A stretch of DNA of 63,950 nt, the filler included, from Guillardia theta CCMP2712 (taxonomy: Eukaryota; Protista; Cryptophyta), in NCBI RefSeq assembly GCF_000315625.1. It is 3 parts of 3 records of this genome, joined end to end, with 100 filler letters (N's around TTAATTAATTAA, not from the genome) between each part and the next. Parts side by side here need not be neighbours in the genome. Positions count along the whole stretch, not along the records: positions 32,578 to 63,950 come from NW_005434388.1; 2 more parts are not named here. The stretch is one strand, 5' to 3'. Under the pieces are notes generated by a model that searched no databases, was not told where the DNA came from, and saw only the letters and a list, made by a program, of their open reading frames with translations. How positions within the stretch are numbered: the stretch's first letter is position 1; every line of letters begins with the position of its first letter. Of the stretch, positions 47,742 through 59,399 are shown piece by piece. Position numbers and translations under genes: made by a program.

Positions 47742-49324
47742 CTATTTGCTGGCCTTGACGTCGAGCTTAACCCCAGCAGTTCTCAGGTCGCACCTGCCGC
47801 TCTCTTCACACTCACGTGTTGTCAAACCAGTCGCAGGGCGAAGATGCGGCGGTAGCGGTGGAGATGCTTCTTGAAGACGACGAGAGCGATCGCTGCCAGG
47901 ACGATGAAAGCAAGAAACAGCCACAGCCAGTCGGTAGACTGCTGAGGGTGACGTCTAAGCACGTTCGCTTCCTCCTCATCCTGCTCGTCCAATAGTTTGT
48001 CGCCATCCGTGCTGGCTAGAGTGGAACCAAGGGGAGCACACAAGAACCTGCACTCCTCATTGCACTGCTGGCGGCAAGCTGACTGTGCATCCTCCTCGTC
48101 GTCTTGGCATTCTTCATCGCAATTGTTCGCACAGCTCTTTCCACAGTTCGCGCTTCCGGGCATCGCCTCATCTCCCAGCTCCCCCTCGCCTAGTCCGTCA
48201 CCTCCATCCCCCAGGCCATTCTCTCCCACTAAATCTTCTCCGTCCTCGTCCTCTTTCAAGTCCTCTCCATCCATGCCATCAGTCGCCATTCCTCCGATTT
48301 CACCCTCCTCATCATCAACTGATCCCTTGCCCTCTTCCTCTCCCCCTCTTCCTAATGTCTTCTGCTCCTTGCAGTCTCTCTTGCAGAACTCGTCGCACTC
48401 TGTCCCGCAGCGCCTCTCACTGTTTGTTCCCTGCTGTCTAGTCAGCGAGCGCGGGTAACAGTTTCCCATACGTTCATGCAAGCGGGCAAACATTCGCTCA
48501 TGCAGCCTGGGATGCAGTCGCTATCTCTGAGCACCGTCTCCCTCGTTTTTCGTTGACATGCTGGCATCCTTCTTCGCACATGCTGTCACAGAGAGAAGCA
48601 CAGTCGTGCCTCCTCCCGCCTCCTGACGACCCTTCCGACCGGCTCGCATCTTGGCAAGTCGGTTCGCATCGACCAACACCTGGCAGCAATGTCACTCAGG
48701 AACTTGAGGAGCTACTTTACATGTCTGCTTGCACGTCGCACCAAGCGGAAGGAAGCGAGCAGGAATGCTCCAGCTCCCCATCTCCTGCTCTCACATCAGT
48801 CTCATGTTCCAAAACTCGCCTCAGCCTCACCGGGGGTGCTCGTAGGTCCTGCATCATGGGCGGGAGGATCCCCTGCGAGGGGTCGCCTTCACCTTGTTGA
48901 TACGCGATAGAAGCCTGCGGTATGTCATTAACAGCTCTCCTCCTCCTCCTCCTCCTCCTCCTCCTCCTCCTCCTCCCTCTTTCTTGTCCTCCTCCTCCCC
49001 ACCCACCCACCCCTTTTTTGTCGTCCTCGTCGTCATTCCTCTCCTCTCCTCCACCACCTCCACCACCTGATCATCATTAGCGTCTCACCTGTGCGACCGC
49101 TCCGGCTGCTGATGCCTGTGCGATGGCCGCTGCCTTCTCCGACTTCGCCATCGAGTTCACATGGCTCACAATCCGTCTGAAGCCCTTCACATCACGACTG
49201 CTGACAGCATCCTGCCTCAGAGACCTTATCAGTGTGCGCCAGTCACAGCCTTGCTTCCTCCTGCCACCTGCTGCTGGGCCAGGCAAATCATCCCCAAGCT
49301 GACCAGGAGGAAACGCCGGATCAT
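47742..49324 (-). CDS. Hypothetical type I membrane protein with Cys-rich CxxxCxxxC repeats
   Basis: Signal peptide MIRRFLLVSLGMICLA; repeats CASLCDSMCEEGC, CGTECDEFCKRDC, CGKSCANNCDEEC, CRQQCNEEC; TM WLWLFLAFIVLAAIALVVF followed by basic residues. Confidence 0.6.
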
Positions 49325-49998
49325 CCTACGAAGCAGCGAAGAACAACACAGTCAATGGAACGCTTCTTGTTCAAGCTCTTTTTGTGCTCAAGTCTTTCCC
49401 TCTTGGCGTTCACGACCCATGTCAAACAACTTTCACAATTCATATAAAACAACCTATCCTCCTGTTCCTCCTGCTTTCATTCCCTTCATCGCATCGCACT
49501 CTCATATTTACCAACATCGTGTCCTGTGGGAATCTTAGCCTGTTTTCGCTACTTCTCTGCTTCTGTAAATGTGCAGTAGTTCTTTCCATCGTTTCTTTCT
49601 CGACACTATCCTATTGCAGCGGCTGCTCCAAACGTTGTGCCAGTGCAAAGGTAACACGATCATCCACTATAGCTCTACTTTCTCAGCGATAAACTTCTAC
49701 TTCGTCTTCTCCTCTCGTCTCTTCTTCTCCTCTATCGTCTCTTCTTCTTCCTTTCGCTCGCGTGGTGCCAGCGGCAGCATGGTCATCGTAAAAGCAGAGC
49801 TAGCGAGGTGGGGAACAGGGAGGTGCTGACTCAACTCCACAGATCTAAACCCTCTTTAGGTAGTGTAGTCACTCGAGGAGGTTTAGCTAGATTCAGATTA
49901 GACTGGCTTAGGCTAGGTAATAGGTTTAGGTTTATCATGGAGGGGTGGGGGTCAGAGCAGGAGCAGGGTAGGGTCATCTAACAGGGTGTAGTGTAGGG

Positions 49999-52906
49999 AT
50001 GTCGGGGGGTCGGATTGCAATGGCGAATTATGTGGGGGTCGCGGTGATGGCAGTTGTGTGCTTGGCAGGAGCGGCAAGAGCAGGAGCAGGAGCAGGAGCA
50101 CATGCTCCAGGAGCTTCACGTGGAGCATGCTTTGGAACTTCATTTGCACCTGCACCTTCTCTGTTAAGATCGCACAACCATCCGCTCTCTTGTTTCTCAT
50201 TCAACGCGCTCAGCAGAAGCTCAAGGTATCTGCTGTCTCCGCACAGAAGGTTTGTAGAAGTAAGAACACCAAATGGAAAGCGTTTAGAAACTAGCACGGG
50301 ACTGAGAGGAGTTCAAGCCGTGTCCAAGGAAGGGGTGGTGATTGGAGTGAACAAGTATAGCCATGATACCTCTGTGTGCATCACATGCTGCAAAACCGGG
50401 GATCCTCTCTTGATCTGGTCGAAAGAAAGACATTCACGTCGCAAGCACGATGGAGGTGACATTGCAGGAATGATGCAAGCAGCGCTCGAGGCCCTCGACC
50501 TGTCCCTGCACGACGTCACGTTGGTAGTGAGCAACAATCATCACTTTCGTGTCTTGCCCTACGAGGAGCAGCATGAGCAACTTGCCTGGTCGGCAGCTCT
50601 CGGGCACATTCCTGAGAGCTACACAAGCGATCTTAATCTCTTGCCCGGGGCGAAACACCTCGAGCTCTCGCATCACCTCGCGCACGCATGGAGTGTCGCA
50701 GCGCAGGCCCCGTTTGACGAGGGGCTGGTGGTGGTGATGGACGGAATGGGCGAGTCATTCTCAGCCATGCAGTCAGCTAAAGCGAGGGAAGAAAAGAATT
50801 ACTTCCATGACCTTGCCCTGGCCGAAGATCAGAAGTGCTTGTCAAAGCAGAATGTGGAAGAGGAATGGACAAAAGCTCGGCACGGTTTTCGGGAGGCAGA
50901 GTCAGCTTACATGTTTAAGAGAGACAGAACGACAAACACCATCAGATTCAGTCGGGTAATGAAAAGATGGACAGAGGAATTGTCTCCTCCTGAGCTGTAC
51001 AATCACGGGTTTGAAAACATGGAGTCCGTCGGCGCGGTTTACAGTCGAGTGTCAAGCAACATTTTTGGAGATTGGAATGCTTGCGGCAAGGTAATGGGTC
51101 TTGCCCCCTGGCACAGTCTGTGGAGCAAAGACAGCACGCTGCCACCTCCAATCATGCGAGGAGATTTACTTGAGAATAAGCTCGATATTAACCGCGAGGA
51201 ATTGATGAAAACCCCTCTAGCAGGACAGAAATTTGGACTAGACGCCGGCGATTGGTCTGAGACCACCAAGTACTCGGCCGTTGCTGAAGAAGCGTCAAAA
51301 CTTGCGTATGCGGTGCAGAAGGACCTTGAGTCGATTACCTTGAAGCTGATCAAGGATCTCAAGACACACACAGGGGCTAAGAACTTGTGCTTTGTCGGCG
51401 GAGTTGGGCTCAACTCGGTGTTGAACGGCAGGATTAGTCGAGAGCTGGGCTTTGATAAAGTATACATTCCTCCTTATCCCGGAGATGACGGCATCGCTGT
51501 TGGCTGCTGCGCTTTTGGCCTATTCTCTGAGCATGGTCGCAAGGTACTTGAGCAACAAGAGCAATCTCCCAAGCTCTGGGCTGGGCCCCTCTCACCGTAT
51601 CAAGGCCCGAAGTACTCCCTTACTGACCTTCAGGAAGCCATGGACTCTTCCCTTCCTTGGCTTCTGATCGAAGAGGCACAGAGTGTCGACGAGTTTGTTC
51701 ATCGCATGGTGCAAGAGATGGCAGACGGGCAGGTCATCGCTTGGTGGCAAGGGCGGTCAGAGGCTGGTCCACGAGCCCTCGGGCATAGAAGCATCTTAGC
51801 TGATCCTCGCAAAGCCAGCATGGTGTCGTTCATCAATAGCAAAGTCAAGGGGAGAGAAGCCTTCCGTCCTTTCGCGCCCTCTGTGCTTGCAGCAGGTAGC
51901 CCTCGTGTTGAGGCCTGAGCTGTTGCTGACGACCTGGCAGAGGCGCATGAGTGGTTTGAAGGGATTCCTGCTGGAAGTAGCCAAGGGGACGTGAGCCCAT
52001 ACATGTCCATCACCAGCTTTGTCAAGGATGACAAGCGAGATAAGATTCCAGCAGTCACGCATGTCGATGGAACGTCGCGTCTACAGACTGTGACTCAAGA
52101 TTCCGAACCGCTTTACTACGCTCTCATCAAGGCATTCTTCCGACTGACGGGTGTGCCGATGGTTCTAAACACATCGTTCAACACCATCAAGTCAGAGCCC
52201 ATCACTGAATCCCCTTCCGACGGCATCCGCTCGTTCTTGAGCGCTAGAGGCTCCATCGAGAAGCTTTTCATGGAATCCAAGTGGATCATCTCAAGGAGAC
52301 CGTTCCCTTCCTTGGACTTGAGCTCGGACGAGGAGCTGAGCGCTGTGTATCCTCGCATGGCTGTAAGGTCGTGCGATTGAGGTGAGATGCTGACGCGTGA
52401 TGGCAGGGAATATTCGCGTGTGAGACTTCAGAGAGTATCGGGGAGGGAGGGGAGGGAGTTGTGACTCGAGTCAGAGTATCGATGCCGTCCTCCATCACGT
52501 CAGTGGGAGATGAATGGAGGTGACCGACCTGCTTATCATGATGCAACTATCAACATTTACATGTAGAGTTTTGACGGATTCCCTGGAGTCCGAGATCCTT
52601 GCAAGGTGACATCGTCAAGCATTGGAGTTGATCGATTCACAATGTCCGCAGTTGCAATGGAGAAATCTCTGTGTTTGAGATGCTCGAGCTCTTTGTGACA
52701 AGAGAGGTGTGACATTGTTGAGACAAGCGTTGAGATGACGGGATTGCAGACGAGCAATGAAGAAGAAGAAGAAGAAGTACGTCTCGAAGAGCCCGAGGAT
52801 CTCACTGACTTATGGGCAGGTAACAAGGGAGGACGTGCTTGAGAGGCTGCAAAATCTCTACCACCTCTGCCTGATCTACTTCGACTGTAACATTGCTTCA
52901 GTGTGA
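49999..52906 (+). CDS. NodU/CmcH/TobZ-family O-carbamoyltransferase with a bipartite (signal + transit) leader
   Basis: HDTS, HHLAHA, DGMGE, GKVMGLAP, GGVGLN, PGDDG, GRSEAGPRALGHRSILADP, VKGREAFRPFAPSV, PAVTHVDGTSRLQTV, LNTSFN, EPITESP. Confidence 0.93.
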
Positions 52907-53163
52907 TCGCACTCCTCGCTGACGGTCAGGGTTGTATCAACAGAATGACCGGGCATCATCCGATTCCTTGGTAGTACGGTTAGTGGCCACCGGCCCCGGG
53001 CCGCGCCAGTGTCTTCAAGTCCGATTCGGACCGTGACCGTGAGTCATTCAGTAGTGTGCGAGAACACTTGAACTTTCAACCACTTTTCATCTATTATACT
53101 CCAAGTAGTTCAACCATGCTTGCCAAGTTGAAACTTGACTCCAGAGTATTCGGCGTTTACTCA

Positions 53164-53435
53164 AAGTTAAGTTAAAATCAGTACGAGGACAATCAGGAGA
53201 GCAGCCTGACAGTGAGGACTCCTGAGGCTTGAGAGAAGAGAAAAGACAGCGAGAACCAACGATTATACTGCCAACTGCTGTCCCCCAAACTTAACTGATA
53301 CCTCAGTCACTTATTGTTTTAAATGCGCGCATGACCATCCCCCCGCGCCGTGCGACATTTATTAGTAGTAATAACTAATAGAGTCATCAGGGTCAACTCT
53401 CCTGATTGTCCTCGTACTGATTTTTAACTTAACTT
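53164..53435. mobile_element. MITE-like element with ~38-bp terminal inverted repeats
   Basis: 53164-53201 AAGTTAAGTTAAAATCAGTACGAGGACAATCAGGAGAG is the reverse complement of 53397-53435 except for one extra T; no clear target-site duplication. Confidence 0.6.
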
Positions 53436-53487
53436 CCCCCATCTGTGATTTTGTAAACTTGATGAATTAAAAAGCCTACTATCCAGT

Positions 53488-53599
53488 TTTTAAACATACA
53501 TGGTTTTAAACACACATGGTTTCAAACATACATGATTTTAAACATACATGGTTTTAAACATACATGGTTTTAAACATACATGGTTTTAAACATACATGG
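53488..53599. repeat. 16-bp tandem repeat TTTTAAACATACATGG, 7 copies, followed by one TTTAGGG
   Basis: Seen directly. Confidence 0.92.
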
Positions 53600-54233
53600 T
53601 TTAGGGCTCACGGCAGAGAGGGGTAATATGGGTACCTACAGGGGTACCTAGAGACCTCTAGCCGGATTTCGGCAAGTTTTTACTCAAAGCCTCCAAGTCG
53701 GTTCAAACCGACTGAAAATTGCTTCTTAGTACCGAAATACTTACTCAATCAATGAGGCTTAGATGTCCGGTAACTCCGGCAACTCCGAACCGCCAATGTC
53801 TACTTTACTCAATTTTACAGCATTTGACAGTGTTTTATTATTTAAAATTACCTCGCTGACCCTGACACTACTAGTAAAGTGTTATTACTAAAGTAAAGCT
53901 CTTATAAATCTTCTGTGGACCCCCACTAGCAAGCTCTCGTACCCCCCATTATTGTAATTAAATTAGATGGTCAGCCTTTTTTTTCTGGCGAGGCTGGGAT
54001 GCTCGAGGCGACAGGAGAGGAGGTACAGGCTGAAGGCAAGCAGGAGGCGAACGCCTAGGAGAAGACAAGAGACAAGAGACAAGAGACAAGAGAAGCCAGA
54101 AGAGAAGAAGAGCGAGGGAAAATCAAAGGGAAGAAGAATATTAAGGAGTGCAAATAGACAAGAGAAGAGGGGAGAGTAGTAGAGGAGACGGAGACGGAGA
54201 CATCCAACTACAAGGGAAAACAGCAAAAAGGCT

Positions 54234-57200
54234 ATGACTGAAGAAGCCAACATCGCCAACTGTGCTGGTACTTCTCGTGACGAAGACATGGAGGTTTCAT
54301 TGGCAATTCAATCGGAATCCTCGTCGGGTCTGATCTCTCCTACGGATCTGAAAGATTTCTGGGAGGCGCGCCAAGAATTCACTTCCAACTTCGTCCGAAT
54401 GTACACTCAGCTGCCAGGAGACAACATGCAGCGAAGCCTCAACAAGAATGTCATATACCAGAAGAGGCCAAAGCTTGTTCTCTTCTCACAAGATCCGATC
54501 TCAGCAGCGATGGCGCTCACTGGGTTTCGCTTCTTGCTCGGTGCCGGGGGGTTTGCTTGGATTGTGGCGATAGCGCTCAAGGTAAAGGAGGTGCACGGGT
54601 CGGGGTATTTCGCGTACCTGATTGAGGAGAGAGTGCGACAGTTTTCCATGGCAGACATGACGGAAACAGGAAAGCTAGCATGTGGTTGGGAGTCGTTCTT
54701 GGAGGTGTTCACCAACTTCCTTGTTGGTGTGATTGCTATGGCTGCAGGAATGTTGAGCATGGTGAGTGTGAGGCTAGTCAAGCAGGTGAGAAGTTGTGTG
54801 GGCAGTGATATTGATTGCTCAAGCTGTCTTGTTTGCCTGCAGATCATCATAGTGGGTGGACTGATAGATGCGGCTTGCAACTTGTGTGTGTTTACACAGA
54901 TGATGCTCACCGCACGCGAAAGGACGGTGATGGGGACCACATGGTATGTGTTCTTGATCGCCATGCTCACGGTGAGACAGAGGCAGTTGTCAAGGTTGTT
55001 GATTGAACTTTGTGTTGGCAGGACTTGTTGATTTTTCCCCTACCTTTGATCCGATGGGAAGCATACACAATTGAGCTGATAGCAGTGGGGTCGCTCATTC
55101 GAATTATCAGCATCGCTGCAAGCTCGACGGTACCGTACAAGTGCCTTGCCATCTTTGTTTTCTTTGCGACGTTGCTTGGATTGCGAGAGGGGATTCGGAG
55201 GCGGATGATGAACAAGGCAGCGGGCCTCGGAGAGCAGTTCGACGAAGAGTGGAGGCAGCTGAGAGAGCTCAATGCGGTACAGGAGCTCAAGGAGGCTGTC
55301 TGCCGGGCTCAGGTTAAATCAACAATGTCTCAAGAAGTAGAAGAAGGAGATGGGGGGGGGAACTCGATCACATGGCTCAGACGACAGTCCCTGCTGTCTT
55401 CTTCGACATCTACCCTTCCGTCGTCGTCACAGCCGAGCATGATAGTTCAGTACGCGCGGGAGTGTGAGGGCAAGGATCTAGACCAGCTGTATTCTCAGGC
55501 GGTACTTGTGTCACCCATGTTCTTGAGCAAGGTACAGTCCTGGGCGGAGGCGAGCGACGGATATTTCCTCATGAACATCCCGTCAGCAAAGAGGAAGCAC
55601 TACCTTCGATGGCGAGACTGCAAGGACGACAGCTCCAAGCTTTCTCGAATCAAATGGGCGTCCATCAAGAACGCTAACCGAGCCATCGAAAAGATCCTGC
55701 TGTTGTGCAATGGTGATACGTCGAAACTTACAGACGTGGTCCGTCAGACGATCGTGTTCAAGGAGCTGCGGCAGCTTGTCGAGTGCGTGGAGGTCATCAT
55801 CAACGACCCGGAAGTGGAGGTGGTGAGGATCAAGAACCGGCTCGACCCGGACTACGACGCGTCGACGTCGGGAGGCTACAGGGACGTGGGGATAAACTTG
55901 CGGGTGATCCACGAGGGGGCGAAGAGGTGGGGGGTAGCTGGGCACGTCTGCGAGCTGAGACTGGCGGTACAATCGCTCCATGCCCTTATAGACTCGCAGC
56001 ATCATGCGTTGTATTTGTCGATGAAGACCGTTCTTCGTTTCAGGCAATCACAAGAGACGGAAGTTATGAGGGGGAACGAGCAAACAGAGAGAAATCAGGA
56101 CAGGAGGAGACGGTCGTCGACGTCGTCGGCGACATTGCTTCCTACCCACATGTCGAGCTCCATGGGTTATTCAAAGTCTCTCGCGCAGGAGAAATCCGAC
56201 ATTTCGCTGCTTATCTACAAGAGCATGTATCCCGGCAATATTCTGGACAAATACCTGACATCTTCTGGTCATGGCGTGTCGAAAGCTGATACAACGAGCA
56301 TTCTGTATTCGTCACACCCGCTGAAGAACGTTCTGCACAAGACTTTGTTTCAGCTGCTGCTGCTGCTTGCGGGGATCGGATTTATCATTCTTTACAGCAA
56401 CAACTTTCGGTTGAATTTAATCTTCACCAATCACGTTTTACCTGTTAGGCATGCCAGGTTCACATTTGAAGGGTACAAGAACATGAACATCTCTATCAAA
56501 GACCACAGCGTGAGGATAGAAGACTTTCTCCTCGTCAGAGACTCTTGTCAGGTGTACAACTGGACTTCATCCGTGACAGTCGCGAACAAGGTCTTCTTCA
56601 CGTTCCCTCATCTGGTCTATCCCAATGGCTTCAAAATCAAGCTGACTCCGGCGCTCATGTCGTACCTCAAGACAGATGCGCTCACATTCCACTACCTGAC
56701 TGAAGAGGGCGTTGAGGACGTGGCGGTTGACAGAAAGGAATGGAAATATGTCATTCCTCCTTCGGTAAGCTGCAAGCTTTTCCCTTCGTTGCCTCTTTGT
56801 CAATCAGACTTTTTGCCTCGTGCTGACGAGTCTCTTCTTGTTGACTTGCGCTTCACCTGGCAAGCGACTTGCATATTCCTCATGGCGATGCTGCAGAGCA
56901 TATGCTGTCTAGGAGCCGCATTCTTCGCCCGGCTTGGGAAGGTTCAGCTCGCAAAGCTCTTGTTTACCTCTGCCTTCCACCTTGTCGGACTTTTTGAGAT
57001 CTTTGCTGCTTTGTCCCCCGAGTCTCTGTATGCCAATCGGAGAGACTTCTTCATCGCATGGGGAGTGCTCGACGTGTCGGTGGGTCTTGTGGTTCAGTTC
57101 CAAGAGCGCTACATGCTCAAGGCCTTCGTCGTCTACTGCACGATCTCAGCCTTCCTGCCTCCTCTAGCTCAATACTATTGGGACGCGTCCAAGCTCAAGG

Positions 57201-58125
57201 AGTCAGACATCGGGTTGAGCAGCCTAGTCTTGCTTGCTCTGGTTATCTTCTTCGTGTTGAACAGAAAGTTCATCGTCTACAAGTCTCGGTGGCAGATCAG
57301 AGGAGACCAGAAGATGTACGACGACTGCTGGAAGGACTTGCTATCCCGGGAGGAAACTCAGCAGCTCCTGAGCTCCCTCAAGATAACATGCGGGCGGGTA
57401 AGGCCGCAGCCAGCGCTGCAGTTGAAGATCTTCGATGCCTTGTGCGAGGTGGAGCTTACGATTCTTGACCCGCTGTCGAGCGTGTTGAGGAGACAAAGAA
57501 CAGCAGCTTTGCTAGGACTTACTTGAAGCGGTCAAAGGGGACGATTATGAAGCAGGACAGGGAGATTGAGTCCCTCGACCAGCTGTACGCGCAGGCGATC
57601 TTGCTGGAGCCAATGTTCTTGAGCAAGGTGCAGTCCTGGGCGGAGGCGAGCGACGGATATTTTCAGGGGATGGAGGGGGATCTAATTCGCTGGAGGGAGT
57701 GCGCAGAGGAGGCAGAAAAGGCGTCGCAGGTCAAGTGGGCGTCCATCAAGAACGCTAACAGAGCCATCGAGAAGCTCGTCAGGTCCTACTTTGGGAGAGT
57801 CTCGAAGCTCACAGACGTGGTCCGTCAGACGATCGTGTTCAAAGAGCTGCGGCAGCTTGTCGAGTGCGTGGAGGTCATCATCAACGACCCGGAAGTGGAG
57901 GTGGTGAGGATCAAGAACCGGCTCGACCCGGACTACGACGCGTCGACGTCGGGAGGCTACAGGGACGTGGGGATAAACTTGCGGTTGATCCACGAGGGGG
58001 CGAAGAGGTGGGGGGTAGCTGGGCACGTCTGCGAGCTGCAGCTGCTGCTGGAAGAGTTCGCGGCACTGAAATCAGCGGAGGGGCACAAGAGATACGTGAT
58101 CTTTAGAAACTCAAGATGTGAGTAG
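54234..58125 (+). CDS. Polytopic membrane protein with two RelA/SpoT-like nucleotidyltransferase domains (6TM-SYNTH-6TM-SYNTH), ~1240 aa, 4 exons
   Basis: Predicted introns 54786-54842, 54972-55021 and 57449-57498 join the ORFs in frame. Both domains carry IKNANRAIEK, TDVVRQTIVF, RIKNR and GGYRDVGINL; they end in CELRL and CELQL respectively. Confidence 0.75.
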
Positions 58126-59399
58126 AGAATGGAGGTGATAAAAATGAATCAAGTGCATGAAGGGAGAAAAAAGGTGTGCTCTCATGAAGATTCGCCCGAT
58201 TTGTTAAGTTTTGAGGTAATTGAAATAAAATCAAAGTGGAACGAAAAAAGCCTAAAATCACCGCAACAAAAAGATGCGAAAAGCATCTCAGTGATGCTGT
58301 GATCAAGCCACATCCCTCCTCGTCATTCTCATCAATCACCATCTTCTCTTCTTCGTTTTCTGCTGCCTTTCAAATCTTTTCCTTCCCACGTCCCTTCCTT
58401 CAATCCTCTCGCTTGACTCTCTTTGCTCTGTTTCTACCTGTTGGAATTCATAAGTCATCAAAAGATTTTGAGGGAGCTGCACAAGCAGATCGATCGATGA
58501 AATGCATTTAATTATTCTACCTTTGCTTGCCTCTCAGTGTTTAGATTTACGTTCCTCAACATAGCTCAAGACATCTGGTTCGTGAAGAAGCAATTCAGTC
58601 CTCTGAGGGATGAATTGGACTTGCTGCGCAAGCAACAACCCCCGGCGTGTACTTCTCTCCCATCTGATTAGTAAAGATGAGATTGTTTGTTGATCGTCGC
58701 GCCGTGGTCGAGCAGGGCGACGGTCTGGTGAGCATGAACTCGAGAAGAGCTGATGCTGACGGGGAGCCGAATAAGATCGGGTAAGGCGAGCTGTAGCTGA
58801 CGGCTGAGGGCTAAGCAGGGGCAAACATGGAGTTGAACCGTAGGAAGGGACGCGGCCGTTGAGCACGACGCGTTCCGATCAGCCTCCGCGGCAGCACGAA
58901 ATGGCTTAGCGAGCTCCGATGAGAAGGTAAAGCGCTGCTACCTGGTACTACGGTAAGAGAGGGCTGGGACAAAGACCAGCGGCAGGAGGAGCGAGTGATG
59001 CTCCCCTCTCTTTAGCTGCCGCTGCTACTCGGTTCCCGCACGCGTCGCGAGCGGTTGAAGAGCAGCTAAAAGCTGAACATGCTGTTTATGCTGGGTCGTC
59101 ATGAGTTTGTCATGGCGCTCCTGCTGGAGGGCGACTTCGCGCTTGTATTGCTCGCAGTCCGGCTTGATTTAGCAGTGGCTTGATTTTTAGGCTGCTTGGA
59201 CGTCAGTGGGTCGCCATCGTGATCTTCATCTTCATCTTCAAGATCCTGCTCGAACCCTCTCAGGAAGGTGTCACTGTGTTGCAGAGCGGCAACCCGCACT
59301 CCACCACGTGCTCCGACCATCACCCGCTTGCCGCGTTTGAACTGTACAACCCCTTGCTCGCAGCTAAGCCCGGCCTCAGTCTGGGGAGGCCCGGGATTT

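Noticed and set aside
53488-53599. CRISPR-like appearance of short tandem repeats (also 27922-28021, 37293-37378)
   Set aside because: No unique spacers, no cas genes, eukaryotic context; these are minisatellites
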